Shown here one piece after another: positions 28,037-38,400 of a stretch of 64,000 nt of DNA. The translations under genes and the position numbers were made by a program. How positions within the stretch are numbered: the stretch's first letter is position 1; each line of letters starts with the position of its first letter. This stretch comes from Candidatus Obscuribacterales bacterium (GTDB taxonomy: Bacteria > Cyanobacteriota > Vampirovibrionia > Obscuribacterales > Obscuribacteraceae). The stretch lies in contig CBDDIJ010000003.1 of assembly GCA_965228855.1 (NCBI GenBank), forward strand, positions 3,552,001 to 3,616,000. The letters run 5' to 3'. The notes below the pieces were generated by a model. The model saw nothing but the letters and a program-made list of their open reading frames with translations, ran no database searches and had not been told where the DNA came from.

Positions 28037-28741
28037 ATGAACGAACACAATCAAATAGTGGAAGTGATTTATCGCGACCAGTTTATTGTCGCGGTCAATA
28101 AACCGTCCGGGATGATTGTGCATCGTGGATACGATCGCGATCTGGTTACCGTCGCCGACATCGTTCGCGACGACATCATTGGAGCGCCTGTTCATGCGCT
28201 TCACCGTTTGGATAGAGGAACGAGTGGCGTGCTCGTCTTTGCTCTTGATTCTGAAACCGCTCGCTTCCTTCAAGAAAAACTACAAGAGCGCTCCGTTAAG
28301 AAGCGCTATCTGACTTTGGTACGCGGACCAATGAAAGAAGGCTGCGTATTGGACCATGCCATACCTAATAAGAAGGATGGCGATCGAGTCGACGCCGTCT
28401 CCGAGTTCCGCGCAATAAGCCATGCCGGGCGATGGTCTCTGGTTGAAGCAATTCCTCACACCGGTCGCCTGCACCAGATTCGCCGACATTTAAAACATCT
28501 GAGCCATCATGTTGTCGGCGACGTACGTTATGGAAAAGGCGATGTAAACCGGTTCTTCCGCGACAATCATGCTTTCAGACGCCTTGCATTGCATTGTTTC
28601 GAGCTGACGTTGCCGCTGCCTAACGGCGCCGTAACAACCCTATCGGCCCCGGTTCCGGAAGACCTCGTCAATCTACTTATAAAGATGGCTTTGTTTCCCT
28701 CCACGGAGACGGAAACGGAGACCAAGCTCGCCCAGGATTAA
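28037..28741 (+). CDS. truC: RluA-family pseudouridine synthase, TruC-like (no S4 domain)
   Basis: VNKPSGMIVH, HRLDRGTSG catalytic Asp, TGRLHQIRRHL, GDVRYGKGDVNRFF. Confidence 0.72.
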   Translation: MNEHNQIVEVIYRDQFIVAVNKPSGMIVHRGYDRDLVTVADIVRDDIIGAPVHALHRLDRGTSGVLVFALDSETARFLQEKLQERSVKKRYLTLVRGPMKEGCVLDHAIPNKKDGDRVDAVSEFRAISHAGRWSLVEAIPHTGRLHQIRRHLKHLSHHVVGDVRYGKGDVNRFFRDNHAFRRLALHCFELTLPLPNGAVTTLSAPVPEDLVNLLIKMALFPSTETETETKLAQD

Positions 28742-28800
28742 GCGCGCCGGCATTGGCACATATCATATGGGCCGCACGACAAAACTCCGCGCACGAGATG

Positions 28801-28888
28801 ATTCCTCGCACGGCAGCACATAATTCCTCGGGCGGCATGACATAATTCCTCGCACGGCAGCACATAATTCTTCGGGCGGCATGACATT
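28801..28888. repeat. Tandem repeat of four 22-bp units in A-B-A-B order (2 x 44 bp)
   Basis: ATTCCTCGCACGGCAGCACATA / ATTCCTCGGGCGGCATGACATA / ATTCCTCGCACGGCAGCACATA / ATTCTTCGGGCGGCATGACATT. Confidence 0.9.
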
Positions 28889-29153
28889 ACACCCAGACCT
28901 ATACCTGAGGGGAATGCGCAACATCGCCATTCCAATCATGGTATGGATTCAAATCAAACTCTATGCCACAGCAGGAATTGCCGAGAAAAATCGGCTGAAG
29001 CACCGCTCTTTTTCTCTGAATCCTGAGCTACTTCTCATCAATATCAGACTGGAAACTGTCCGTTTTCGCCGAGGGAAACGGACAGCAAAGAGTCATGAAT
29101 ACTGCCTTTTGAGCTAGTCACAACTGTTCCACAGAAACAGCTGGAACACCTCG

Positions 29154-29180
29154 GGAACATCTTTCCCACCAGGTTGTCTA
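29154..29180 (+). promoter_or_regulatory. Putative ECF-sigma promoter
   Basis: GGAAC-17 bp-GTCTA, 120 bp upstream of the ATG at 29301. Confidence 0.45.
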
Positions 29181-29300
29181 TAAGCCCATTGGATGTTGCC
29201 CCAGGGGTGGGGTTCTAAAGGAAAATTCTGGGAACCGCTGCGGAAGCGGTGCCCGATGGTCTGCGGCGTTTCTCTCAATAAAGAAAAAGGAATTAGGAAA

Positions 29301-30479
29301 ATGAAATCGCACAAGTCGCCCTTCACACGGAGCATAGTCGCTGCGACACTTATCGTCGGTCAGGCTCTCTCCATGCCATTGCTCCCAGCATTTGCGGCTG
29401 ACAGCAACGTCACGCTGGCCGGCAATGCGGTTATGACGGATATTGCTACCGTCGGCAGCTGGACCAGCGCAAAACGGGCTGAACAGATTCAAAACAATCT
29501 CGACAACGCCCTGGTAGCAGCTGGTGATAAGTCACCAGGGGCGGTAGCAGTCACCTATGTAAAAGGAAGCCCGGTCATCACTCTCGGTGGCTATCAGGTA
29601 GCCACGGTTGATGCGGCGAGCGCAAGAGCTGCGGGCACGACCACAGCGCTTCTCGCGAAAAAATGGGCGGACAATCTGCGCCAGGCACTTGTCGACCAGG
29701 CCAGTGTTGAAGCCTATGTCGGACAAATCTCAGGCACCTATCAGGCATCTGCACCGTCAGTGATACCGTCAGCGCCAGCACCGAATGTGACACCGTCAAG
29801 ACAACCGCAAAGCCAACCACAATACCAACCTCCGCAAATGCAGGGAAGAGTAGTGTACGCTCCGGCAGGTCTGGTTATCCCAGTCACGCTGCAAACATCA
29901 ATCGCAACGGAAGTCGCTAAACCAGGCGACATGATTCAAGCTCAAGTAAGCCAAGCCGTAATTCTTGGCGAATCACAAATTCCTCAAGGGTCCGTCCTTC
30001 TCGGAACAGTCGTCGATGCATCCGCCGGCAGAATGCTCGGTAGAACAGGCGATCTGGAAATCAAATTCAACCGAATGAGAACAATGGATGGACAAGAGAT
30101 TCCGCTGACCGCACATATTATGGGCGGAATCGATAAATACAATGACAAAGGTGGTGACAAGTCCGACCAATTCGTGGGTGAAACCTGGAAAGGTAAGGCT
30201 GTTCAAGCCGGAGTCAGAGGTCTGATAGGAGCCGGTACCGGTGCAGCGCTCGGCACAGCCGTAGGCGCCATCGCTGGTGGTGGCAGAGGAGTCGGCAGGG
30301 GCGCTTGGTCAGGCACCGCAATCGGTGCAGGAGTCGGAGTCGCTCAAAGCCTCTTGCTCAGGAAGGGAGCCAACGTTCGCATCGCGAGCGGAACCCCGTT
30401 CCAACTCCAACTTGATGCTCCGCTCCAATTTGCGGTCCCAAACATGCAAGCTCCAGTAGCTTACACAGGAAACTACTAG
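29301..30479 (+). CDS. Secreted protein with a TrbI/VirB10-like beta domain and a glycine zipper
   Basis: Signal peptide ending PAFA; IPVTLQTSI...GDMIQAQV...IPQGSVLLGTV...LEIKF; GAGTGAALGTAVGAIAGG. Confidence 0.72.
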   Translation: MKSHKSPFTRSIVAATLIVGQALSMPLLPAFAADSNVTLAGNAVMTDIATVGSWTSAKRAEQIQNNLDNALVAAGDKSPGAVAVTYVKGSPVITLGGYQVATVDAASARAAGTTTALLAKKWADNLRQALVDQASVEAYVGQISGTYQASAPSVIPSAPAPNVTPSRQPQSQPQYQPPQMQGRVVYAPAGLVIPVTLQTSIATEVAKPGDMIQAQVSQAVILGESQIPQGSVLLGTVVDASAGRMLGRTGDLEIKFNRMRTMDGQEIPLTAHIMGGIDKYNDKGGDKSDQFVGETWKGKAVQAGVRGLIGAGTGAALGTAVGAIAGGGRGVGRGAWSGTAIGAGVGVAQSLLLRKGANVRIASGTPFQLQLDAPLQFAVPNMQAPVAYTGNY

Positions 30480-30567
30480 ATTTTTCCAGAAGCGAAGTAA
30501 CTGGTTTATTCAGAAACCAAATCTAACTAGAAAGTGTGACTGATATAGACAAAGAACGACATTCTAA

Positions 30568-32328
30568 CTAAGTTTTCCGGCGCTGGGAGGGAGAGGTGTA
30601 TGCCTCTCTCTTCTGGCTTTGAGATTCTACAGATATAGATGCACAATTTATCAACACGACCACCGCATCGGTTGCAAGGTCAATGGTTCTAATCACTCTC
30701 TCGCTCTGAGCAACTCGAGTTTGCGCGACTTTGCCGACGAATTCTTTTCCATCGGCTACGAACTTTCGATATACATTCTCCCAGGCATCCTTCTGCTCTT
30801 CCTCATTAGACTTAAGCGACGCAAACCGATTGAGAGTCCCTTCACTCGCCTGTTTCAAGGAAGCAAGCTCCTCTGGAGTTAGAGGATCTGTTTCATTCTT
30901 GGCCAACCGGATGTACTGGCGTAACACTCTCTGTTCGAGCTTATCTAAATTACTAACGAGCGTCGTCGTGGGCTCGGTCTCCTCCGGCCTAATCGACCGC
31001 AAAAGTTCAGAGAGCGCATTGGCGATTCTAACAAAGTCTAAGCGATTCTCCTTCTCGACTTTGCTCCCAGGAAGAATCTCTAGCAACTCCTTTACGACTG
31101 TAATGCGTGCAACAATGGCTTCTGCTCTCGACAAATAGTCTTCGGCGAAGAGGTTGCGCAACTTGAGCCGTCGAAGTTCAAGTTCCGTATCACTGATCCG
31201 AATCTTGATCGAATCACGAACCTTAATAGCGTGCTCTCTATCGATAGAGTCAAGCTCTGCACCGTCCAGTGCCTCCGTCGACCGGGCAGAAAGTTCATCT
31301 ACTTCTCGTTTCTTGACGTCATATTCAGCTCGTTGCATCCACTTCTCTAAATCTGTGTGAAACCCATTGAGCCGCTCCTCCAAAACCTCTTCAAGCGATT
31401 GTGATTCACGAAACGCCACGTTTGCGTTATTCAATTTTTCAGAAAGACGCTCATGCGCGCTTTCGAGTTTTGGATCCAATTCGTAGCCGAATTTTTGAAA
31501 ACGCTTTGCTACGCTTGAGATTGGGGATAAAACCTTGTTGCGAACACCCACCAATGAATCCTCAAGCGAATGAATTTTTGCCACCCGCTTCTTCTGAGAT
31601 TCGAATTCACGAAAAACTTTACTTCTCGCGGCTAAAACCTTGATCTCACGTTCCGCTAAATATCTTGCCTGGATTTCCGAACTCTCGAGGTGCCTTCTAA
31701 GACGCGCGTCCCTAGCTTGTTCACTCATCCGCTGTTTGATTTCGTCAAGGATTTCGCTGGCACTTTGCTCCTCGCCAGTCTCAGGAGTCGAAGATGCATC
31801 TCCGGAATCTGATATTGCATCTCGTAACTCAGCCGCCTTTTTAAGTCGAATTTTTTCCAGCTCCTTTTCTCGCTCCTGCTCAGCGGCCTGAATTCGAGAT
31901 TTTACAGAATCGAGCTGCTCACGAAGACCAGAGACTTCCAGCCTCTTCGCTTCCAGTCTAGCTTGCACAGACTCCGGGTCGAAGGAAATCGCCGGACCTG
32001 ATGCTCGCTTTCGCTTTCGTCTCTTTGGCGGCTGAGGCGGTGAAACTCTTCCTGCCAATAAGTCCTCGAGATACTTTTCTTGCAACTCGGCAAGCTCCAA
32101 CTGACCAGCGAGCCCTAAATCCTCATACATTAGTGAAACCATTTGAGATTCAGGAGCTTCGCCTGACGTAGCACACACGCTAGCTGATCCGATAAAGGAT
32201 TCAGATTGCTGACTATCCGTCGACCTCCGAGTTTTTGATTTGCGAGAGACAAGCTGGGCGCACGCAAGTGTCAAGGGCCCACCAACTGCCATTCCAACCA
32301 AGATCAATGTCAGAGATTCTAAACTCAT
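30568..32328 (-). CDS. Membrane-anchored coiled-coil hypothetical protein
   Basis: N-terminal hydrophobic anchor; long E/K/R/L heptad-rich body. Confidence 0.72.
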   Translation of the reverse strand: MSLESLTLILVGMAVGGPLTLACAQLVSRKSKTRRSTDSQQSESFIGSASVCATSGEAPESQMVSLMYEDLGLAGQLELAELQEKYLEDLLAGRVSPPQPPKRRKRKRASGPAISFDPESVQARLEAKRLEVSGLREQLDSVKSRIQAAEQEREKELEKIRLKKAAELRDAISDSGDASSTPETGEEQSASEILDEIKQRMSEQARDARLRRHLESSEIQARYLAEREIKVLAARSKVFREFESQKKRVAKIHSLEDSLVGVRNKVLSPISSVAKRFQKFGYELDPKLESAHERLSEKLNNANVAFRESQSLEEVLEERLNGFHTDLEKWMQRAEYDVKKREVDELSARSTEALDGAELDSIDREHAIKVRDSIKIRISDTELELRRLKLRNLFAEDYLSRAEAIVARITVVKELLEILPGSKVEKENRLDFVRIANALSELLRSIRPEETEPTTTLVSNLDKLEQRVLRQYIRLAKNETDPLTPEELASLKQASEGTLNRFASLKSNEEEQKDAWENVYRKFVADGKEFVGKVAQTRVAQSERVIRTIDLATDAVVVLINCASISVESQSQKREAYTSPSQRRKT

Positions 32329-32468
32329 CCGTGCTATTCGCGACGCTATCGATTAATTCAGTTTATCACCGTCAGGCTGTTTAGCTGCAACAGACAGAGC
32401 ATCCAAACCCGTTCCAATAAAATTCGCCAGTAGCGCCTCGTGCCGAGCTCGTGCAAACACCTACGCCC

Positions 32469-35400
32469 TTACCGCTGCCACGCCGCCAACTGTGGCTTCG
32501 CATGGATTTGGAAGTCGTCTGCGGGTCGTAATTGAAGAATCACCGCTGCCGTCTTCATGAGGTTCGAGGCAATGTGCCGGCTGCGATTGTTTTTCGAACT
32601 CAAAACTCCAGCGATCGGCTTCAAACCCTGCATCGCGGCAACAACCGAAAATTCAGAAGAGAACATTGACTTTCCTGTTCTGGTTCTCGAAACAGATAAC
32701 GCTCGATGCGGTATCGCCTCCAGTGGATTGAGGTCGGCAAAGTCATCGGAACCAGAGGCGATTGTAACGTGCTGACCAGGAGAGAGCGCAATGCGCTCAC
32801 CTGGTGTCTCAATCACAACAGAACCCTTACGCCTATCATCGAAGTCATAGATTGAAACAGCCTCACCGGTTGCCACAACCAGCGCAACCGAGTTGCGAGC
32901 AAGTTTCAAGTTCATCCCCGGTAATTTCACATCGGTATCCTGGGCTGGAGCAAAAACCACCGCGCCGCGATTCAGCCGTAGTTGATTCAGACTGGAAGTT
33001 GAAACAGCCGCTGAATTCGCCAGCTCAGGGACAAGCTGGTCATGAGACCACAAGCCAATTTCCATAGGGACTTCGGTCACATCACGGTCGAAGAGGAACG
33101 TTGACGCCGAGTTGAAAGGCTGACTGACACCACCATTGGTATCGGAGTGGAAATCGCTAGTCGAAATCAGGTTTATGCGCTGATCGCTCGTCTCAAGTGA
33201 ATCAATCGAACTGATGTTTGTAGTATCGGCTTGCTGAACTGGCCCGCCTCCGTATGAATCGGTCGGCAAAACCGGTGAAGCAATGGACACATGATTGGAA
33301 TCGAATATTCCGTCAGGCGCGTTTAGTAAAACATCTGCATTAGAGTCCAAGTTCTCCGATGAGATCGTGACAGCCTTTACACCAGTCGTATGGGCAACCA
33401 CTCTCGATTCCGGTGTTGAGGCAATTGATGCAAACGAGCTTGCAACTGTCACCGAAGGGGCTTTCGCCGAGATCTCAACTCCGCCCCCAATCGATACCGC
33501 CGACTTCTTGCGCTTCGACGCGTTTTGAAAAACTATTTTGCCACCGTCAGCGGTGAATAAGCTGGTCGGTTTAGCAGTCTGCAGACCACCTTTGCTGAGG
33601 TAGACACCGCCCCCATTTGCATAGGTTATATCAATATTTTTGTAGCGCTTTTTCGGTTTAGATAACTTAGTAGCCTGCTCTCCGTACCCGATAAACACAT
33701 TCCCCGCGCCAACATCAGTCGACGATGCAACGATTTTCGAATTGGCGCCAATTTTGAACGAGCCAGCAAGGTCATCGCTGCTCAAGTTCACACTGCCACC
33801 GGCAGTGCTGATGGTAGAACCAGGCATGACATAAAAATTTCCGCCCAGTGTCGTAACGGAGATGTCACCATCGAGGGTCAAGATATCATTAACATCAAGC
33901 GGTCCGCTCGCTAAAAATGTGAACGATCCCCCGGCATAAGAATCAAGAAGACTTACCTTCCCCGTGCTCACGTCCTTCACATTGACGGAGCCTGTTCCCG
34001 AGGTGAACATTGATAAACTACCAGACGCATCGACTATTAGGGGCGTCGAGCCGCCGATATTACCGGCGGTGCTCAACAGGTCAACGCGTGACGCGGCCGC
34101 AACCGAAGACGACGTAGTTGAGATGATGCCACCATCGCCGCTAAAAATCGAAATACCAGACGCGTCGATGAAACCGCCTGAATCAAACCGTACCGAATCC
34201 GTGGCTTCCAGCGTGACATTCCCAGTAGCGGTCAAGTGTTCATTCACGCGCACTGAATCACCCAGTGCTCGCAAGCTGGCATTGCCAACCGAGATATCGG
34301 CATTGACGTCGACACCGCTTCTCGAAGTCACCTGCATAAAACCAGTACCAGCGATGGTTCCGTTGATGGCAACCGAATCACCTGTAACCCGAACTTCACC
34401 ATCTTGGGCAGCGATGCCGGCGATTATGGCGTCGCCATGTTGATTATCAAAGGTGACCGAGTCTCCAAGACCTGTAAATTGACCATTGAAGCTACCAGGA
34501 ACAACCACACTCAAGTCGCCATTAGAAGCGAAACTCGCACTTCCACCTCCCGTGTCGATTGCAGAATTTACCAGGATTGATAGGGCATCGGTTCCTGGGT
34601 TTGCAATCGAAACGGTTCCAGCGCTCCCAAGAACGCCACCGTTTGCGATGATGGAACCAGTGATACCGTTAACGATACCGACACCGCCCACGGTGAAAAC
34701 TTCCGGCGAATCAATCTCGATTGCCACTGAACCGCCTGCGCCATTTCCTTTGCCAGAAACATCTAGATTTCCATCAACCAGCAGTTTGCCGGACATCGAC
34801 GGCGATGTGCCCGCCCAAAGCTCATATGCTCCGCCATTTCCGGCGTTTCCTTTTACTCCCGCGTCGACCGCACCACTGGCAATAGACAAATCACCACCTG
34901 CATGTACTCGCACGGTTCCACCGTCACCGCCAGAAGATGCTGAGCTTCCTCCGGTCGCAAAGACGCTCAAAGAACCGGCGGACAAGGATAGAGATTGATC
35001 TCTAACCAACAAATCCACTAGACCGCCTGCAGCCTCCGCGCCGCCGTTCGCCTGCAGGGACGCACCTCCTGCTCCGGTCACAGTGAGAGTCGAAGCATCA
35101 ACCAGAATCTCTCCGCCCGAGCCGTTCTCCAATCCACCATCGACAGAATAAACTCCAGCCGCGAGATCGAGATTTCCATTGGGAGTAACAAACTGCAATT
35201 TGCCACCATGACCATTAGAAGCGTGCACCGAGACAAAATTATGGTCATCAATTTTGATGCCACCGGTTCCAGCGTTTTCAAAGGTTACGGAGCCGCCATC
35301 TGTGCCTTGTGCTGTCACCGTGCCAGCAACACCATTCACTGTGGCACTGCCAATCACCAATGGCGTCGAGCTATTGGAGGCGATTCGGACAGTCCCACCA

Positions 35401-38400
35401 TTTCCAATTAACTTCCCGTCTGCACTGATATCACCGACGTACAAAACAGAGCCATCACCAGCGGTGCCGGCTTCCAGGTCGAGAGTTCCGCCCGAGCCCC
35501 AGGCTCCCTTCACTGAAACGTCGACAGAAGCAGAATTAGCCAATAAATTGCGGCCGGCGGAGAGGCGCACCGTACCGCCGGCCCCGGAGCCTAAGCCGCC
35601 ATGAGCGGATACCTGCAAATGGTTGGCTCCGCCGTCTACAATAAGGTCTGAGTCTGACCCTGTGGTAGAGACGGAAACCAATCCGCCGTATCCGCCATTG
35701 GTACCATCCGCTTTTAAAACAAGAGGCGAACCGATTATATTTAGTCCGCGCGCGGCAATCTCAACGGAGCCACCTTCAAAGCTAAAACCGCCACTTCCGC
35801 TGGCATCCAATGTTCCACCATTAATGGTCAGCGCTGCAGACGGAGCTAGAATCGATAGGTGACCGCCGTTACCCTCGCCACCTTCTGCGGTGACTGACAG
35901 ATTGCCACCGGCGAACGTGAACGCTGAGGCCGACGCATCAATGCTAAGACTGCCACCATCTCCTACAGAGTTGTAAGCCTTAACCGTACCGTTGTTAGTA
36001 AAATAAGTTCCGCTAAGACTTACCTTCGCTGGACCATCGTTAAACTGCAGGGTGCTGTCTGCAGAATTTGTAAAGGTGGAACCTACAATAGTGGTCTGAC
36101 CCGCATTGAAATTCAGTTGCGAAGTATTTCCGGAAGAATTGGCGAAACTTATCGCCTGATTGTTTCCACCAAGAGTAATCGATGCACCTGAGAGATTTAC
36201 GACGCCTGGCACAGCGCCAGCAGTGAGATTTATGTTCAGAAAACTGCTTCCGCCTATCGACAGCAGCTCGGCAATTATTTGCGAGTTACTAGCCAGGTTA
36301 AGCTGCGGACTGTTGATCGTCAGTGCTTCAGCCGCAACGATACTGCCGGCAACCGAAAGACTGTTGGATTGAATCGTAGAGTTTCCGACGACGTTTACGA
36401 CACCGTTCACTACAGAGTTCGCAGCGATCAGAGAGGGCGCTGAAAGATTGGCTGTAACATTCGCCGGCACAACCAGTTGCGAGAAACCGCTCGCCGGGAT
36501 GTTCTCTGCTGCAATACCGAATGAGCCAGAATTGGCTGCACCGCCTGAAGCAAGCTGCAGGCTTTGCGCACCGGTCGTTCCCTTCTGAATCAAAGCAATC
36601 CACTCCGAGGCTGTGACCAGATCACCGTTCGTAACTGTTTTCTGAGCACCGCCAACGGTGATAGTGATCGAACCGTCGCCGGCACCCACAATTTCCCCGG
36701 CAGCACTCGTGGTCGCTAATGACTGATCATTCAGCTTGACCTGATCGCCCCGCATGCGACCGGCAAGGGTCACGGAACCGTTTCGAATTTGCGCGGCAAT
36801 GACCGGGCTGTTCGACTCTAGATCAGACGCTCCAGCGTAAACAGTCGACGCGACGTTGCCACCGGATGTGGTGAGGTTTATTTGCCCGCCGCCACGCTGA
36901 GAATGCGTGAAGATACTGAAGTCGGCGTACGGAGATTTATTGATATCCTCATTGGTGCTGAAAGCGGTTTGAATTGTTTTAGTAACATCTATGTCACGTC
37001 CGGTGATGGTAATGTTTCCACCAATACCAGGCGCACCGCCTTTTTTGGGAGTCGTGTCGTTCCAATAACCGCGCGGAGCAAACGTCCCTTCATCGCCATT
37101 CTCGCCATAATTACCGACGTCACCACCGTAACCACTGCCACAGCACCCTATATCGTAAGCGGTGTTGGTTCCGCCCATTCCTGCATATGGAAACCGCGGA
37201 TGATTTGGATTGTGTGGATTTAGCCCATTGTCCAACATTCCCGGCCCGTCGTAGGGAGGAGGCGCATAGAACAGTCCACCGGAGTTGGGTCCCCCACCAT
37301 TGCCAAGACTACCGCCACCGCCTGCGGTGTCTGTCGATGAGATTCCGACACCACCACCTCCGCCGCCACCTGGCGCGAGTACAGGACCGTTTATTACGAC
37401 ATCGGCTATCGCTGTTAGTAGTATGTTGCCACCGTCTCCGCCAGTTCCTCCAGCAGTGTGGTTAGCACCACCACCGCCACCACCGGACGTGTTTATATCG
37501 CCGTTGACAGTCAAACCGCCATTCAAAGAAACAACACTGATGTTGCCGCCATGACCACCATCGCTGCCATAGTCGTAACCTTGCAGGGCCCAGCCTTTGA
37601 CGGGGGCTCCGCCGCCCATGGCCCGAAGATATCCGGTAGTCACACTGCCACCGGCCTGCATCAAGATATTGCCTGAATTGAAACCGTTGCCACCTCGCGC
37701 ACCGGACTCGAGATTGCCGGTAACGATCGAGCCGCCTCCATATGTAGTGCCTCCAACGACACTACCCTGTGTGAGCTTACCGGTTGAGTCGAATTTGAGC
37801 ACACCCGCAAGCAACGGATCGACCGTTCTAATAGTTATGTAGTCTACTCTGTCGTGCGCTCCAATACTGGTGACGTCGCCCAGACTGATATCGCCGGGAC
37901 TGTAAATCGAAACTTTCCCGCCCCGGCGTCCGTCGGCGGTGATGGAACCGGTCACCGTAATTGTGCCACCGTATGCGCCTAGCGTTACGCTCCCACCAGT
38001 TCCGTTTCCACCCGAAGCAGAATTTATACTTGTGATACCAGAAATTGACCCGGTCAAACCACTCGCACCGGATACGGTAGTAATACCGTTATTGGTGGTA
38101 TTTGACACCCCGGCCAGCAAAATCACATCACCGCCGTTATTGTTGCTATCAGAAGAGGTGTTTATGACCGTTCCACCTGAGGCGCCCAGGATACTTCCTG
38201 CCGCAACGGCCGTCACTGGCGCGCCTGAAGCAGTCACGGTTGCGGGCAAGGTGATATCTCCCGAACTGTTCGTAAAAATCGGGTCGTCCAGAACATGAAT
38301 GCTACTGATCGACAGATCTCCTGTTGCAACATGAACTGCGGAGGTAAAGGCAATTACGTCGACTAGTCCGTTTATGCTGTCAACTGCTACATTGACTGCG

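Noticed and set aside
28801..28888. CRISPR mini-array
   Set aside because: Units are contiguous with no unique spacers, and there are no cas genes in the window
28677..28935. Cys-rich small ORFs as metallothionein or RiPP precursors
   Set aside because: The Cys content comes from reading the 22-bp repeat; no maturase nearby, and one ORF overlaps truC antisense
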